Assembly: GCA_965277805.1 (NCBI GenBank)
Contig: OZ255842.1
Span: 3,008,001 to 3,072,000 of the forward strand
From: Candidatus Lustribacter sp.
Lineage (GTDB): Bacteria > Vulcanimicrobiota > Vulcanimicrobiia > Vulcanimicrobiales > Vulcanimicrobiaceae
Direction: 5' to 3'
DNA length: 64,000 nt
Both the position numbers and the translations under genes were made by a program. The notes below the pieces were generated by a model. That model saw nothing but the letters and a program-made list of their open reading frames with translations. It did not search any database and was not told where the DNA came from. This document shows positions 1 through 8,597 of the stretch, one piece after another (positions within the stretch are counted from its first letter, which is position 1; the number at the start of each line of letters is the position of its first letter).

Positions 1-589
1 CGAAGGTGATGAAGGGCTCGCCGGTTACGGCGGCGTCGACCTTGCCGGCCGAAACGGCATCGTTCTCGTTGAAGATCGGAACTTCGATCCACTTGACGGT
101 TTTCGAGTCGCCGCCGTTCTTATCGATCCACGCTTCGACCGGCAGCATCGTGATGTTGTTGATCCCGTTGACGGCGATCGTCTTGCCGTTGAGGTCCTTC
201 GCGTCGTGGATCGGGCCCGTACCGTTGACCAGAATCGCGAGCGTGGGCGCCGCGTAGCTGTTGAGCAACGCGGGCGCGAGATAGATCAAGGGCAAGCCGC
301 GCTCGTGCGCGTTCGAAATCGAGACGGTGTCGGCGAAGCCGGCATCGAGCGATCCGCCGGTGACGGCCGCCGCGATCGCGGCGCCGTTCTGCATGATCTG
401 CAGGTCGACGTCCAGGCCCTGTTTCTTGAAGAAGCCCATGTCGAGCGCGTAGAACGCCTCGGCCGCCGCTTCCACCGTGATGACGCCTAAGCGAATCGTC
501 GCCGGCGAGGCCGGGCTGCTCTGAGCCGAGGCCCCAAAAGGAACCAGCGCGAGGCAGACGGCCAGCAGGGTTACCGCAAACAAACGCAT
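1..589 (-). CDS. ABC transporter substrate-binding protein, NitT/TauT (SsuA/THI5-like) family; 3' end runs off the window
   Basis: Manual translation from ATG at 589: MRLFAVTLLAVCLAL... signal peptide, then FYALDMGFFKKQGLDV, DLNGKTIAV and WIDKNGGDSK, the same motifs as the other SBPs in this window. Confidence 0.85.
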   Translation of the reverse strand, partial: MRLFAVTLLAVCLALVPFGASAQSSPASPATIRLGVITVEAAAEAFYALDMGFFKKQGLDVDLQIMQNGAAIAAAVTGGSLDAGFADTVSISNAHERGLPLIYLAPALLNSYAAPTLAILVNGTGPIHDAKDLNGKTIAVNGINNITMLPVEAWIDKNGGDSKTVKWIEVPIFNENDAVSAGKVDAAVTGEPFITF

Positions 590-628
590 TTCAAGAGGAT
601 GCGTTAGTCCGTGGCATTTTCCTCGCCC

Positions 629-1516
629 CTAGCGCAAAAGGCGGAAGGCGGTCAGGATCTTGGCGCTGAGCGGGACGAATGCGCGGCGGCTGAAGACGTC
701 GTAGCGGTTGGATTCGATCGCGTCGAGGATGCCGCGGTAGAGGTGCAGCGCTAGGCGCACGGCGTAGCGGCTGTCGGGCTGCAGCAGCGCGATGCCGGGT
801 TCGGCTTCGCGATAGAGCGCGCGGGCCCGTTCGATCTCAAACCGCATCAGCGCGACGAATCGCGCGTCGACCGCCCCGGCGAACAGGTCGTCCTCGCAGT
901 AGCCGAAGCGGTGCAGATCTTCGGCCGGCAGGTAGATGCGGCCCAATTGCGCGTCTTCGCCGACGTCGCGTAGGATGTTGGTCAGCTGCATCGCCTGACC
1001 CAGCAGGACGGCATACCGCGGAGCCTCATCATCGAGCGCGCCGAGAATCGGCGTCACCAGCACGCCGACGGTCGAGGCGACGAGGTAGCAGTAGCCGGCG
1101 AGTTCGCGGTAGGTTGCGTAGCGGTTGACGGTGACGTCCATGCGCGCCCCGCGCAGCAGATCGAGTGCGGCGTGCAGCGGCATATCGAAGCGTGCGGCCG
1201 CGTCGGCAAGGGCGATGAAGACCGGCGTGCTCGCGCGGCCCCCATAGGCTGCGTGCAGCTGCAATTCCCACGCGTTGATCGCATCCAGACGGCCGCCGGG
1301 ACTCGTATTGCGGTCGACGATGTCGTCGGCCGTGCGGCAGAACGCGTAGACGGCCCACACCGCGCGGCGTTTTTCATATGGCAAGAAGCGCGAGCTGAGG
1401 TAGAACGACTTTGACTTGAGGCGCGCGATCTCACCGCAATGCGCGTAGCAGCCGTCGAGCGTGAGGGCGCCCTCGATTTCCGGCGGCGCCGCCGTCAGCG
1501 CGTTATCGCGGAGCAT
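629..1516 (-). CDS. crtB: Phytoene/squalene synthase
   Basis: SKSFY, YAFCRTADDIVD, YCYLVASTVG and QLTNILRDVGED..GRIYLP motifs; overlaps the end of the upstream desaturase. Confidence 0.93.
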   Translation of the reverse strand: MLRDNALTAAPPEIEGALTLDGCYAHCGEIARLKSKSFYLSSRFLPYEKRRAVWAVYAFCRTADDIVDRNTSPGGRLDAINAWELQLHAAYGGRASTPVFIALADAAARFDMPLHAALDLLRGARMDVTVNRYATYRELAGYCYLVASTVGVLVTPILGALDDEAPRYAVLLGQAMQLTNILRDVGEDAQLGRIYLPAEDLHRFGYCEDDLFAGAVDARFVALMRFEIERARALYREAEPGIALLQPDSRYAVRLALHLYRGILDAIESNRYDVFSRRAFVPLSAKILTAFRLLR

Positions 1517-2924
1517 GCGTGCGCGCGAGTACGGCGTCGGCGACAGCGCGCGCGCTGCGCATTGCGCCTTCGATGCTGGCGGGGAAACGGTGGTTGGTGT
1601 AGCAGCCGGCGAGAAACAGGTTCGCGACCGGCGTGCGCGAGCCGGGACGCAGCTTCTCGGCGCCGGGACTCGCGCGGTACACGCTCTTGGGCACGCGCAC
1701 GAGTTTCGCTTTGACCAGCGTCTCGTTCGTCGCGAGCGGATAGAGCTTCGTCATGTCGGCGAGCACCCGCGCGATCACGGTGTCGTCGTCAAGCGCCATC
1801 AGGTCGTCGGCCGGCGCGATGCACACTTCGAGGAACGACTTGCCCGGCCAGCCGCAGCCCGGCGACGCCTGACCCAAATCGGCGTGCACCGGCAGCAGCG
1901 TGCCGGCGCCGAAGATCAGGTTCGTGTGCGGCGAGATCGGGCGGTCGAACCAGAAGTGGCCGTTGATCACCGGCGATGACGTCAGCTTGCCGACGCCGTG
2001 TACGAGCGGATCGCGCAGCATTTCGGCGGGCAGCAGCTTCGCCGCGTCGTGCACCGGCGTCGCAAGGATCACGTTGTTGGCCTCGTAGGTGCGGCCGTCG
2101 TCCGTGCGCACGCCGCTGCAGACGCCGCCGGAGAACAGCAGCTCCGCAACGCGGGCGGTTCGTTCTATCCGCACGCCTTGCGCTTGCACGTGCGCGGCGA
2201 TCGGTTCGATGAGGCGTTCGTTCGGCGGTCCATCGAGAAAGCCGGCCCGGCTCGCATCGCGCGAGCTTGCGAAGTAGGCCATCACGCGCAGCATCGCTTC
2301 GGCGGAGATTGCCTCGACCGGCGTGAAGTTCAGCGCGAGCGCCATCGGTGCGAAGAACGTCCGCAGCATGTGATCGGACATCCCCCGCCGGCGGTGCCAC
2401 TCGGCGTACGTGATATCGTCCTGACGATCGGCGTACGCGTGATCGCCGACGAGAATCGGCAGCGTTCCGGCGGCGAAGAGTACTTTCTCCCAGGCGTTGA
2501 AGACGTAGCGCGCGTTGAGTACCGCGCCGATGCCGTTGAACGGCGAGGGCGCATCGACGAAGTGAAACGCCTCGAAAACGGGGTCGGCACCGACACGCTG
2601 CGAGAAACCCGGCGGCATGGCAAAGGTCAGCGTGTGCGGTTGCCAGCGGACGTGGTGCGAGATGCCGACGTCGCGCAGCAGCGCGTGCACGGTATCGTAG
2701 CCGCCGAAGAACGAGTGCAGCCCCGTCTCGAGCACGTCGCCGTCGCGGTCGCGCCACGACGAGAGCTTGCCGCCGAGCATGGGCCGTTTCTCGAGCACCA
2801 GCGCCGAGCGTCCGGCGTCGGCCAGGTACTTGGCGGCTGCTAGTCCTGCCGGGCCGCCTCCGACGATGATCGCATCCAGCGGCGCCGTCGGTCGGGGAGA
2901 ATCAAAAGCAACGTTCGCCTGCAT
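1503..2924 (-). CDS. Phytoene/zeta-carotene desaturase, cyanobacterial/plant (CrtP/CrtQ, PDS/ZDS) type
   Basis: GGGPAG FAD motif; GGKLSSWRDRDGDVLETGLHSFFGGY, PMALALNF, FLDGPPNERL and ASIEGA match PDS-type signatures. Start trimmed to ATG 2924 (2945 is an alternative). Confidence 0.85.
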   Translation of the reverse strand: MQANVAFDSPRPTAPLDAIIVGGGPAGLAAAKYLADAGRSALVLEKRPMLGGKLSSWRDRDGDVLETGLHSFFGGYDTVHALLRDVGISHHVRWQPHTLTFAMPPGFSQRVGADPVFEAFHFVDAPSPFNGIGAVLNARYVFNAWEKVLFAAGTLPILVGDHAYADRQDDITYAEWHRRRGMSDHMLRTFFAPMALALNFTPVEAISAEAMLRVMAYFASSRDASRAGFLDGPPNERLIEPIAAHVQAQGVRIERTARVAELLFSGGVCSGVRTDDGRTYEANNVILATPVHDAAKLLPAEMLRDPLVHGVGKLTSSPVINGHFWFDRPISPHTNLIFGAGTLLPVHADLGQASPGCGWPGKSFLEVCIAPADDLMALDDDTVIARVLADMTKLYPLATNETLVKAKLVRVPKSVYRASPGAEKLRPGSRTPVANLFLAGCYTNHRFPASIEGAMRSARAVADAVLARTHAPR

Positions 2925-2943
2925 GCCGAACAGTTGCCTTTCC

Positions 2944-4029
2944 ATGTCAACAGCCATTTCCATCGGTCCCGAGACGAACATCCGCGAACTCGTCGGCGCG
3001 CTCCCCATCGCCGAGGACGTGCTGGTCCGCTTCGGCCTCCACTGTTCGGGCTGCGGCGTGAACAAATACGAGACGATCGCCCAAGGCGCCGCCGCGCACG
3101 GCCTGCGCGCCGAGCCCATCGTCGCCGCGCTGAGCCAAGCGCGGCTCTCGGGCCGGGTACCGACGATCAACAACGAGGATCTCGTCCCGCACCGGCGCGC
3201 GCCGGGCGAGTTCGCGCGGCGGGCACGTTTCGCGCACGTCATCCCGGTCATGTCGGGCAAAGGCGGCGTCGGCAAGTCGCTCGTCACCGGGCTGCTGGCG
3301 GTAGGCTTGCGGCGCGCCGGCAAACGGGTGGGCATCCTCGACGGCGACATCACCGGACCGTCGATCCCGCGCCTCTTCGGTTTGACCACGCCGCTCGGCA
3401 TCGAGAGCGACCCCAACACGCCGGCCGGCACGCAGCCGCGCCCGCTGATGACGCCGGCCGTCACGCGTTCGGCGATCGAGGTCGTCTCCGCGAACCTGCT
3501 CACCGACAAGGAAGACACGGCGATGATCTGGCGCGGCCCGATTCTCTCCGGTGTCATCCGCCAATTCTACGAGCAAGTGCTCTGGAGCGACTTGGACTAT
3601 CTTTTGATCGATCTGCCGCCGGGCACATCCGACGCGCCGCTGACGGTGCTGCAGTCGCTCGCCGTCGACGGCGTCGTGCTGGTGACGATGCCGCAAAAGC
3701 TCGCGACGATGATCGTGCGCAAGGCCGCGAACTTGATCCATCAGTTGAAGAAACCCATCCTCGGCGTGGTCGAGAACATGTCGTACTTCGTGGCGCCGGA
3801 TACCGGCGTGCGCTATGACGTCTTCGGGCCCTCGTACGCCGACTCGGTGGCCGAACTCGCGGGCGCGCCGATGCTCGGACGCCTCCCGATCAACCCGTAT
3901 CTGGTGGAAAAGGCCGATGCGGGTTTGGTGGAAGAAATCGACGATCCGATCGTCGACGAGCTGGCAGCCGCGCTCGAGCGCGCGGTCGCAGCAATGCCCA
4001 AAGTAAAAGAAACGATTTCGATCATTTGA
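2944..4029 (+). CDS. mrp: Mrp/NBP35 (ApbC) P-loop ATPase with N-terminal DUF1858-like domain
   Basis: SGKGGVGKS, DGDITGPS, WRGP, DLPPGTSD and ENMS motifs; N-terminal FGLHCSGC...ETIAQGAAAHG. Confidence 0.88.
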   Translation: MSTAISIGPETNIRELVGALPIAEDVLVRFGLHCSGCGVNKYETIAQGAAAHGLRAEPIVAALSQARLSGRVPTINNEDLVPHRRAPGEFARRARFAHVIPVMSGKGGVGKSLVTGLLAVGLRRAGKRVGILDGDITGPSIPRLFGLTTPLGIESDPNTPAGTQPRPLMTPAVTRSAIEVVSANLLTDKEDTAMIWRGPILSGVIRQFYEQVLWSDLDYLLIDLPPGTSDAPLTVLQSLAVDGVVLVTMPQKLATMIVRKAANLIHQLKKPILGVVENMSYFVAPDTGVRYDVFGPSYADSVAELAGAPMLGRLPINPYLVEKADAGLVEEIDDPIVDELAAALERAVAAMPKVKETISII

Positions 4030-5228
4030 GCAACCGGGTTCCCTTCGCACGCTTCGCCCTCGGCATCGCCTCCGGGCTGACGATCGGCTATACCCTAGAG
4101 CGCGTCAGCGACATGCTGGCCGACCGCTCATCGCCCGCACCGGCGAAAGAGCGCGATCCCAAACGTTACGGCGATACGCGGCGCCTGTTGATGGTCGTCG
4201 GACACGCGCGCGCCGCGGCTGCCGGCGCAATGTGGGCGTTCGGTCTGTCCGACGTGTTCGAGCGCGCGCTCAAGTGGGTTCCACTTCCGCTGCGCTTGCC
4301 GGTGTTCGTCGGGCTAATCACCGCGATCGAAACCGCGCGCGATTGGCCGATCGAATACATCGAAGAGTATCAGCTCGAACGGATTTTCGGAAACAGCGAA
4401 CGCACGCCGGAAGCATGGGCCAACGACCGTCTCAAAGCGACGCTCGTCGGCGGCGGCGTCGGCATGGTGCTCGCCGGCGTCGCCGGCACGATCATGCGCC
4501 GCGCGCCCAAGCGCTGGCCATGGATCGCGATCGCCGGGACGCCCGCACTGATGGCGTTTGCGAACGTCGTTGCGCCCACGTTCATCATGCCGCTGTTCAA
4601 CAAGTACATTCCGCTCGAAGGGCGGCTCGAGCAGAAAATTCGCGAACTCGCCGCGCGCTACGGCGTCGGCGGCGCCACGATCTTGCGCTTCGACATGAGC
4701 CGGCAAACGAAGAAAGCCAACGCCTTCGTGACCGGCGTGTTCGGCACCGAGCGAATCGCGATCGCCGACACCCTGCTCGATGAATTCGAAGAAGACGAAA
4801 CGCTCTTCGTCGTCGCCCACGAACTCGGCCACTACGTCAAACGCGACCCATGGGTGGCGATCGCGCTCGGAACCGGACTCATCGCGCTGCCGCTCTTGAT
4901 CGGCAACGCCGTCGTGCGGCGCAGCACGGGCCGCGACGCCGGTGACATCGGCACCTCGATGCGCTTGGGCTTCTACCTCTCCATCGGCCAGCTCGCAGCG
5001 CTCCCGATCGCCAACGCGTTCTCGCGCATGATCGAGCGCCGCGCCGACCGCTTCGCCGTCGCCGCCACAAACGACCCGGCCAGCGGAGCGCGCGCTTTCC
5101 GTCGCCTGCGCGATCAGAACCTCGCCGAAGACGAAGGCCCGAAGTGGGCGGAAGTCCTGTTCTCCTCCCACCCCTCCCTCGGCTCCCGCATCGCCGCCCT
5201 AGAAAAAACCCCAACCAACTTGTCATAG
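4026..5228 (+). CDS. M48 (Ste24-like) membrane zinc peptidase
   Basis: NAFVTG, HELGH zinc motif, ERRADRFA and SHP motifs; TM helices; TTGA overlap with mrp. Confidence 0.9.
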   Translation: MSNRVPFARFALGIASGLTIGYTLERVSDMLADRSSPAPAKERDPKRYGDTRRLLMVVGHARAAAAGAMWAFGLSDVFERALKWVPLPLRLPVFVGLITAIETARDWPIEYIEEYQLERIFGNSERTPEAWANDRLKATLVGGGVGMVLAGVAGTIMRRAPKRWPWIAIAGTPALMAFANVVAPTFIMPLFNKYIPLEGRLEQKIRELAARYGVGGATILRFDMSRQTKKANAFVTGVFGTERIAIADTLLDEFEEDETLFVVAHELGHYVKRDPWVAIALGTGLIALPLLIGNAVVRRSTGRDAGDIGTSMRLGFYLSIGQLAALPIANAFSRMIERRADRFAVAATNDPASGARAFRRLRDQNLAEDEGPKWAEVLFSSHPSLGSRIAALEKTPTNLS

Positions 5229-5250
5229 CGAACGTCTCATAGCGAACGTC
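5223..5250. repeat. Perfect 14-bp tandem duplication TCATAGCGAACGTC x2 spanning the M48 stop codon
   Basis: Copies read directly at 5223-5236 and 5237-5250. Confidence 0.9.
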
Positions 5251-5258
5251 GAAATATT

Positions 5259-5350
5259 CCACTGCTTCCGCGTTCGCGGTCGCACGCTAATCGGCGAGAT
5301 TATGTCGGTCCCTCGACGTCGCGCCTTCGGCGCTTTGCTCGGGATGACAA
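5259..5350. repeat. REP/REPIN-like element, single arm
   Basis: CCACTGCTTCCGCGTTCGCGGTCGCACG...GCTCGGGATGACAA closely matches 43616-43707. Confidence 0.8.
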
Positions 5351-5357
5351 ATAGTGG

Positions 5358-6068
5358 CTAGTCTTCGTACTCTTCGAAGGCCGCGTTGACGAGTGGCGTA
5401 GCTACCGCGTCGAGATAGGCGACGAACGGGGCGCTGTCGCGGATCGCTGCTGCGAAGGAAGCGTAGGTGCCGTTCTTCGCTATTTCGTCATCGGTGAACG
5501 TGCGGCGGACGATGTAGTTTCGGGCGCGGATCAGTTCGCTGCGCGGATGATCCTTCGGGAAGCCGCGCGGCATGCGAATGAGCGCATCGGTACGCAACGG
5601 CAGATACGGGGCCAGCGACTTTGCCTTGAGGATGCGATCGAAGGGGCGCGCATCGGCCGCCATATTGCGGCGTAAGGCTTCGAGGACCGGCTTTTCGGGT
5701 GTGTAGATGCCGGCGGCAAAGCGTATGCCCCCGGGCTCGACGTGCACGTAGTAGCCCGCGTTAGCGCCGCTTTTCCCCAGCGGTGAGAGCCAGGCCGAGA
5801 CGTGGGTCTTGAACGGCGTCTTGTCGTTGGAGAACCGGATGTCGCGCGCGAGCCGAAACAGGCACTTGCGCGGATCGACGAAGGCGAAGCGCTCGTCGAA
5901 GCGTACGGCCGACACCAGCAACGCGGTGACGAGGTCTTCCCACTCGGGGCGGATGTGCTCGTCGTAGGTGTCGCGATGCGCCGCAAACCATGTGCGGTCA
6001 TTGTTCTTCTTCAGCGCACGCAGCCAGCGCAACGCGCGCGCCGCATCGAACGGTTCTCGCCTTTTCAC
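5358..6068 (-). CDS. DUF2461 (TIGR02453) family protein
   Basis: LKKNNDRTWF, FRLARDIRFSNDKTPFK and PRGFPKDHP motifs; GTG start overlaps the upstream stop. Confidence 0.85.
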   Translation of the reverse strand: MKRREPFDAARALRWLRALKKNNDRTWFAAHRDTYDEHIRPEWEDLVTALLVSAVRFDERFAFVDPRKCLFRLARDIRFSNDKTPFKTHVSAWLSPLGKSGANAGYYVHVEPGGIRFAAGIYTPEKPVLEALRRNMAADARPFDRILKAKSLAPYLPLRTDALIRMPRGFPKDHPRSELIRARNYIVRRTFTDDEIAKNGTYASFAAAIRDSAPFVAYLDAVATPLVNAAFEEYED

Positions 6069-7123
6069 GCGAAGAGCTGGCTCCACATGCGGCCGAAGAC
6101 GGCATCCCACGTACGATTTGCGGCGGCGGCGAAGCCGCGTTCGATGCGTTCGCGCGGCGCGTCGAGCGCTTCCATCACGGCCGAGACGAACGCTTCCGCC
6201 CCGGCAGCGACGTACACGATGTCGCCGTATTCGGCGACGACATCGGCGATCGGGGTGGAGACGACCGGACGGCGCGCGGCGAAGTATTCGAGCGTCTTGG
6301 TCGGTGAGATAGACGCGGTTGCGCGGTTGATCGCGAACGGCATCAGCGCCACGTCGACGCCGGCCAAGAGCGACGGCAACGAATTGTAAGGCAGCCGTCC
6401 GGTGTAGTGCACGTTCGCGCGTTGCGGCAAGTGCGCCGGATCGACTTTCACGATCGGCCCAGCCAGCATGACATGGCCGCGCGGAAATGCATCCGCCAAC
6501 GCGGCGATCAGCGCGTAGTCCAAGCGCTCGTCGATCACGCCGGCGTACGCCATTACCGGCGCGCTCAACATCGCCGCGAGCGGATGCGGCCCGACGTCGG
6601 CGGCGAAGCGGTCGACTTCGACGCCGCTCGGATGCAGGTGCAGCTTCGCTCCGAGCGCGCGGCGGTTCTCATACAGCGTTCGGCCGCCGGCGAAGACGAT
6701 GTCTGCGCGCGCGAGCAACGCCGCTTCGCGCTCGCGCATCCCCGGCGGCGCGAAGTCGAAGTTAGCTAGATCGTCCATCACGTCGTAGACGACCGGCGCG
6801 GCTGCGAACGCGTCGATCAGCTCGCTCATCATCGGCGTGTAGAGCCAAGCGCCGGCACGCCGCGTGCCGGCCAGCTCGCGCGCCGTTGCGAGCGCCTGCC
6901 CGTCGATCAGCGGCTCGCCCCAGCCGCGCCGGCGCAGCGGCCTGACCAGCGTCAGGTTACCGAACTGCCGGATTTCGTCGCGATCTTCGGCCGCGCCGTA
7001 CGGTTCCTCCACGACAATCACCGGCAGCCGTTGCGCGAGCCGCGTGAGCAGATGGTGCGGGCGCTGCCAGACGCCGTCCCAACGCAAGTGCAAGCCGGCG
7101 ACGAAGATCTCGGGCGCGTTCAC
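6065..7123 (-). CDS. Glycosyltransferase (GT4/GT-B fold)
   Basis: HLRWDGVWQRPHHL, YDVMDDL, GVIDERLD and ISPTKTLEY motifs; GTG 7123 overlaps the GH1 stop. Confidence 0.88.
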   Translation of the reverse strand: MNAPEIFVAGLHLRWDGVWQRPHHLLTRLAQRLPVIVVEEPYGAAEDRDEIRQFGNLTLVRPLRRRGWGEPLIDGQALATARELAGTRRAGAWLYTPMMSELIDAFAAAPVVYDVMDDLANFDFAPPGMREREAALLARADIVFAGGRTLYENRRALGAKLHLHPSGVEVDRFAADVGPHPLAAMLSAPVMAYAGVIDERLDYALIAALADAFPRGHVMLAGPIVKVDPAHLPQRANVHYTGRLPYNSLPSLLAGVDVALMPFAINRATASISPTKTLEYFAARRPVVSTPIADVVAEYGDIVYVAAGAEAFVSAVMEALDAPRERIERGFAAAANRTWDAVFGRMWSQLFA

Positions 7124-8442
7124 GCCGGTGCTTTGCCGGCCGCGCGCAAATGATCGCCTTCCGCGCGTCCCGCATCGCGCATCGCGACCAGTTCCGTCAA
7201 CGGCAACGCGCGATCCGCGCGCTCCCACCAGCCGCGCACGCCGGTATCGGCGATCTGCCCGTGCGCTGCCAATTCGCGCAGCGCGTCGGCCACGACGGTC
7301 GGTTGCGGCGTTCCGTCCCGTCCGGCAAACGTATAGATGCCGTCCTCAACCACGCTGCCGCGCTCGCGCAACAGCGAATGCCAATCCACCATGCCGAACG
7401 CCGCCCACGCACCGAGCGCACGCACGTCCACGCCGTCAGCGCGCAACGCCTGCACGTCGGCCGCGTGCTGCACGAGCCAGCGGATGCGCTCGGGTGCCGG
7501 CGCATGGACGTGCACTTCGCCCACCGCCAGCGGCAACTGCAACCGCTCGGCGGCCGCGCGCAGCATCGGCCCGATCGCCGGCGCCGGTTCGCCTTCGACG
7601 TAGACAGCCGGAACGTCACCGGCCGCCTCGGCTTGCGAAAACAAGTACCGCTCGGAGTGCGGGTAGTGATTGAACGCGACCAGATCGGGCACGGCCGCGT
7701 CGCGCTGCATCATCGCGAATTCCAGTTCGTTCACGCCGCAGTGTTCGGTGAGAAACTCCGCCAGCGGATGCGCGTCGCCGACGCGGCCGGCCACGAGTTC
7801 GGCCGATAAGAAGACCCGCTCGCGCAAGAACGCAACGTAATCCGCGACGCCGTCGTCGCCGGCCGTGAACCGCTGCAGATCCTCGGTGAGAACGAACTGC
7901 GCGTCCGGGATGACCTTGCGGATGCGGCGCAGCGCCGCTTGCTGGGCGAGCGTTTGGTTCACCATCGCGCGCCCGAACCCGCGATCGTCGCGCATGTTCG
8001 GATACCACACGCCGTCGAGCGTCGAGAAGCGCGCGGTCGTGAGCGGTTCGTTGATCGGCGTCCAGCGCCGGACCCACGGAAATGCGCGCGCCGCCGCCTC
8101 GGCGTACTGGGCGAACCACAACGGAAATGCGGGATCGAGTAAATCCGTGTACTGCGGTCCGCTGCCGTGATGCAGCAGCGTCACGATCGGCTCGATGCCC
8201 GCCGCGCGCAGCGCGTTTAGCCGGCGCTCGGGTTCGGTGAAGTCGTGCTCGTGCGGGCTATCCGGAGCGACGCGCTCCCACAACACCGGCGTCCGCGAAG
8301 CCGTCACGCCGAGCGCGGCGATCCGTTCCGCATCGCCCGACCGGACGTCGAGCCCCGTCTCCGCCGCTTGATCGCGCGTCGTGTTCGCGTCGATGCGGGC
8401 GAACGTCGGCTCGGGCGACGCCCAAAGTTCGAGCGGCAGCAC
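7120..8442 (-). CDS. Family 1 glycoside hydrolase-like protein
   Basis: TLLHHGSGP, WTPINEP acid/base motif and AVGEVH nucleophile region; resembles the GH1 domain often fused to RmlD. Confidence 0.8.
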   Translation of the reverse strand: MLPLELWASPEPTFARIDANTTRDQAAETGLDVRSGDAERIAALGVTASRTPVLWERVAPDSPHEHDFTEPERRLNALRAAGIEPIVTLLHHGSGPQYTDLLDPAFPLWFAQYAEAAARAFPWVRRWTPINEPLTTARFSTLDGVWYPNMRDDRGFGRAMVNQTLAQQAALRRIRKVIPDAQFVLTEDLQRFTAGDDGVADYVAFLRERVFLSAELVAGRVGDAHPLAEFLTEHCGVNELEFAMMQRDAAVPDLVAFNHYPHSERYLFSQAEAAGDVPAVYVEGEPAPAIGPMLRAAAERLQLPLAVGEVHVHAPAPERIRWLVQHAADVQALRADGVDVRALGAWAAFGMVDWHSLLRERGSVVEDGIYTFAGRDGTPQPTVVADALRELAAHGQIADTGVRGWWERADRALPLTELVAMRDAGRAEGDHLRAAGKAPA

Positions 8443-8597
8443 TACGAACGCGTCGCCTGGTTGACGCTATCGATCCAAAACACGTACGGATCGGAGCCGG
8501 GCGTGTTTTGGATCAGCGCACGGCCCAGTTCTGCCCAGATCGCGCCGCGGGTCGGAACGAGGACGATGACCGGGCGCGCGGGCGGCGCCGGGTTCAC
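8442..8597 (-). CDS. Small hypothetical protein (51 aa), coupled to both neighbours
   Basis: Manual translation (V/M)NPAPPARPVIVLVPTRGAIWAELGRALIQNTPGSDPYVFWIDSVNQATRS*; GTGA overlap upstream and TAGTG overlap downstream. Confidence 0.55.
   Translation of the reverse strand: MNPAPPARPVIVLVPTRGAIWAELGRALIQNTPGSDPYVFWIDSVNQATRS

Noticed and set aside
2925-3557. N-terminal extension of the desaturase (684-aa ORF)
   Set aside because: Antisense to mrp, with no family motifs
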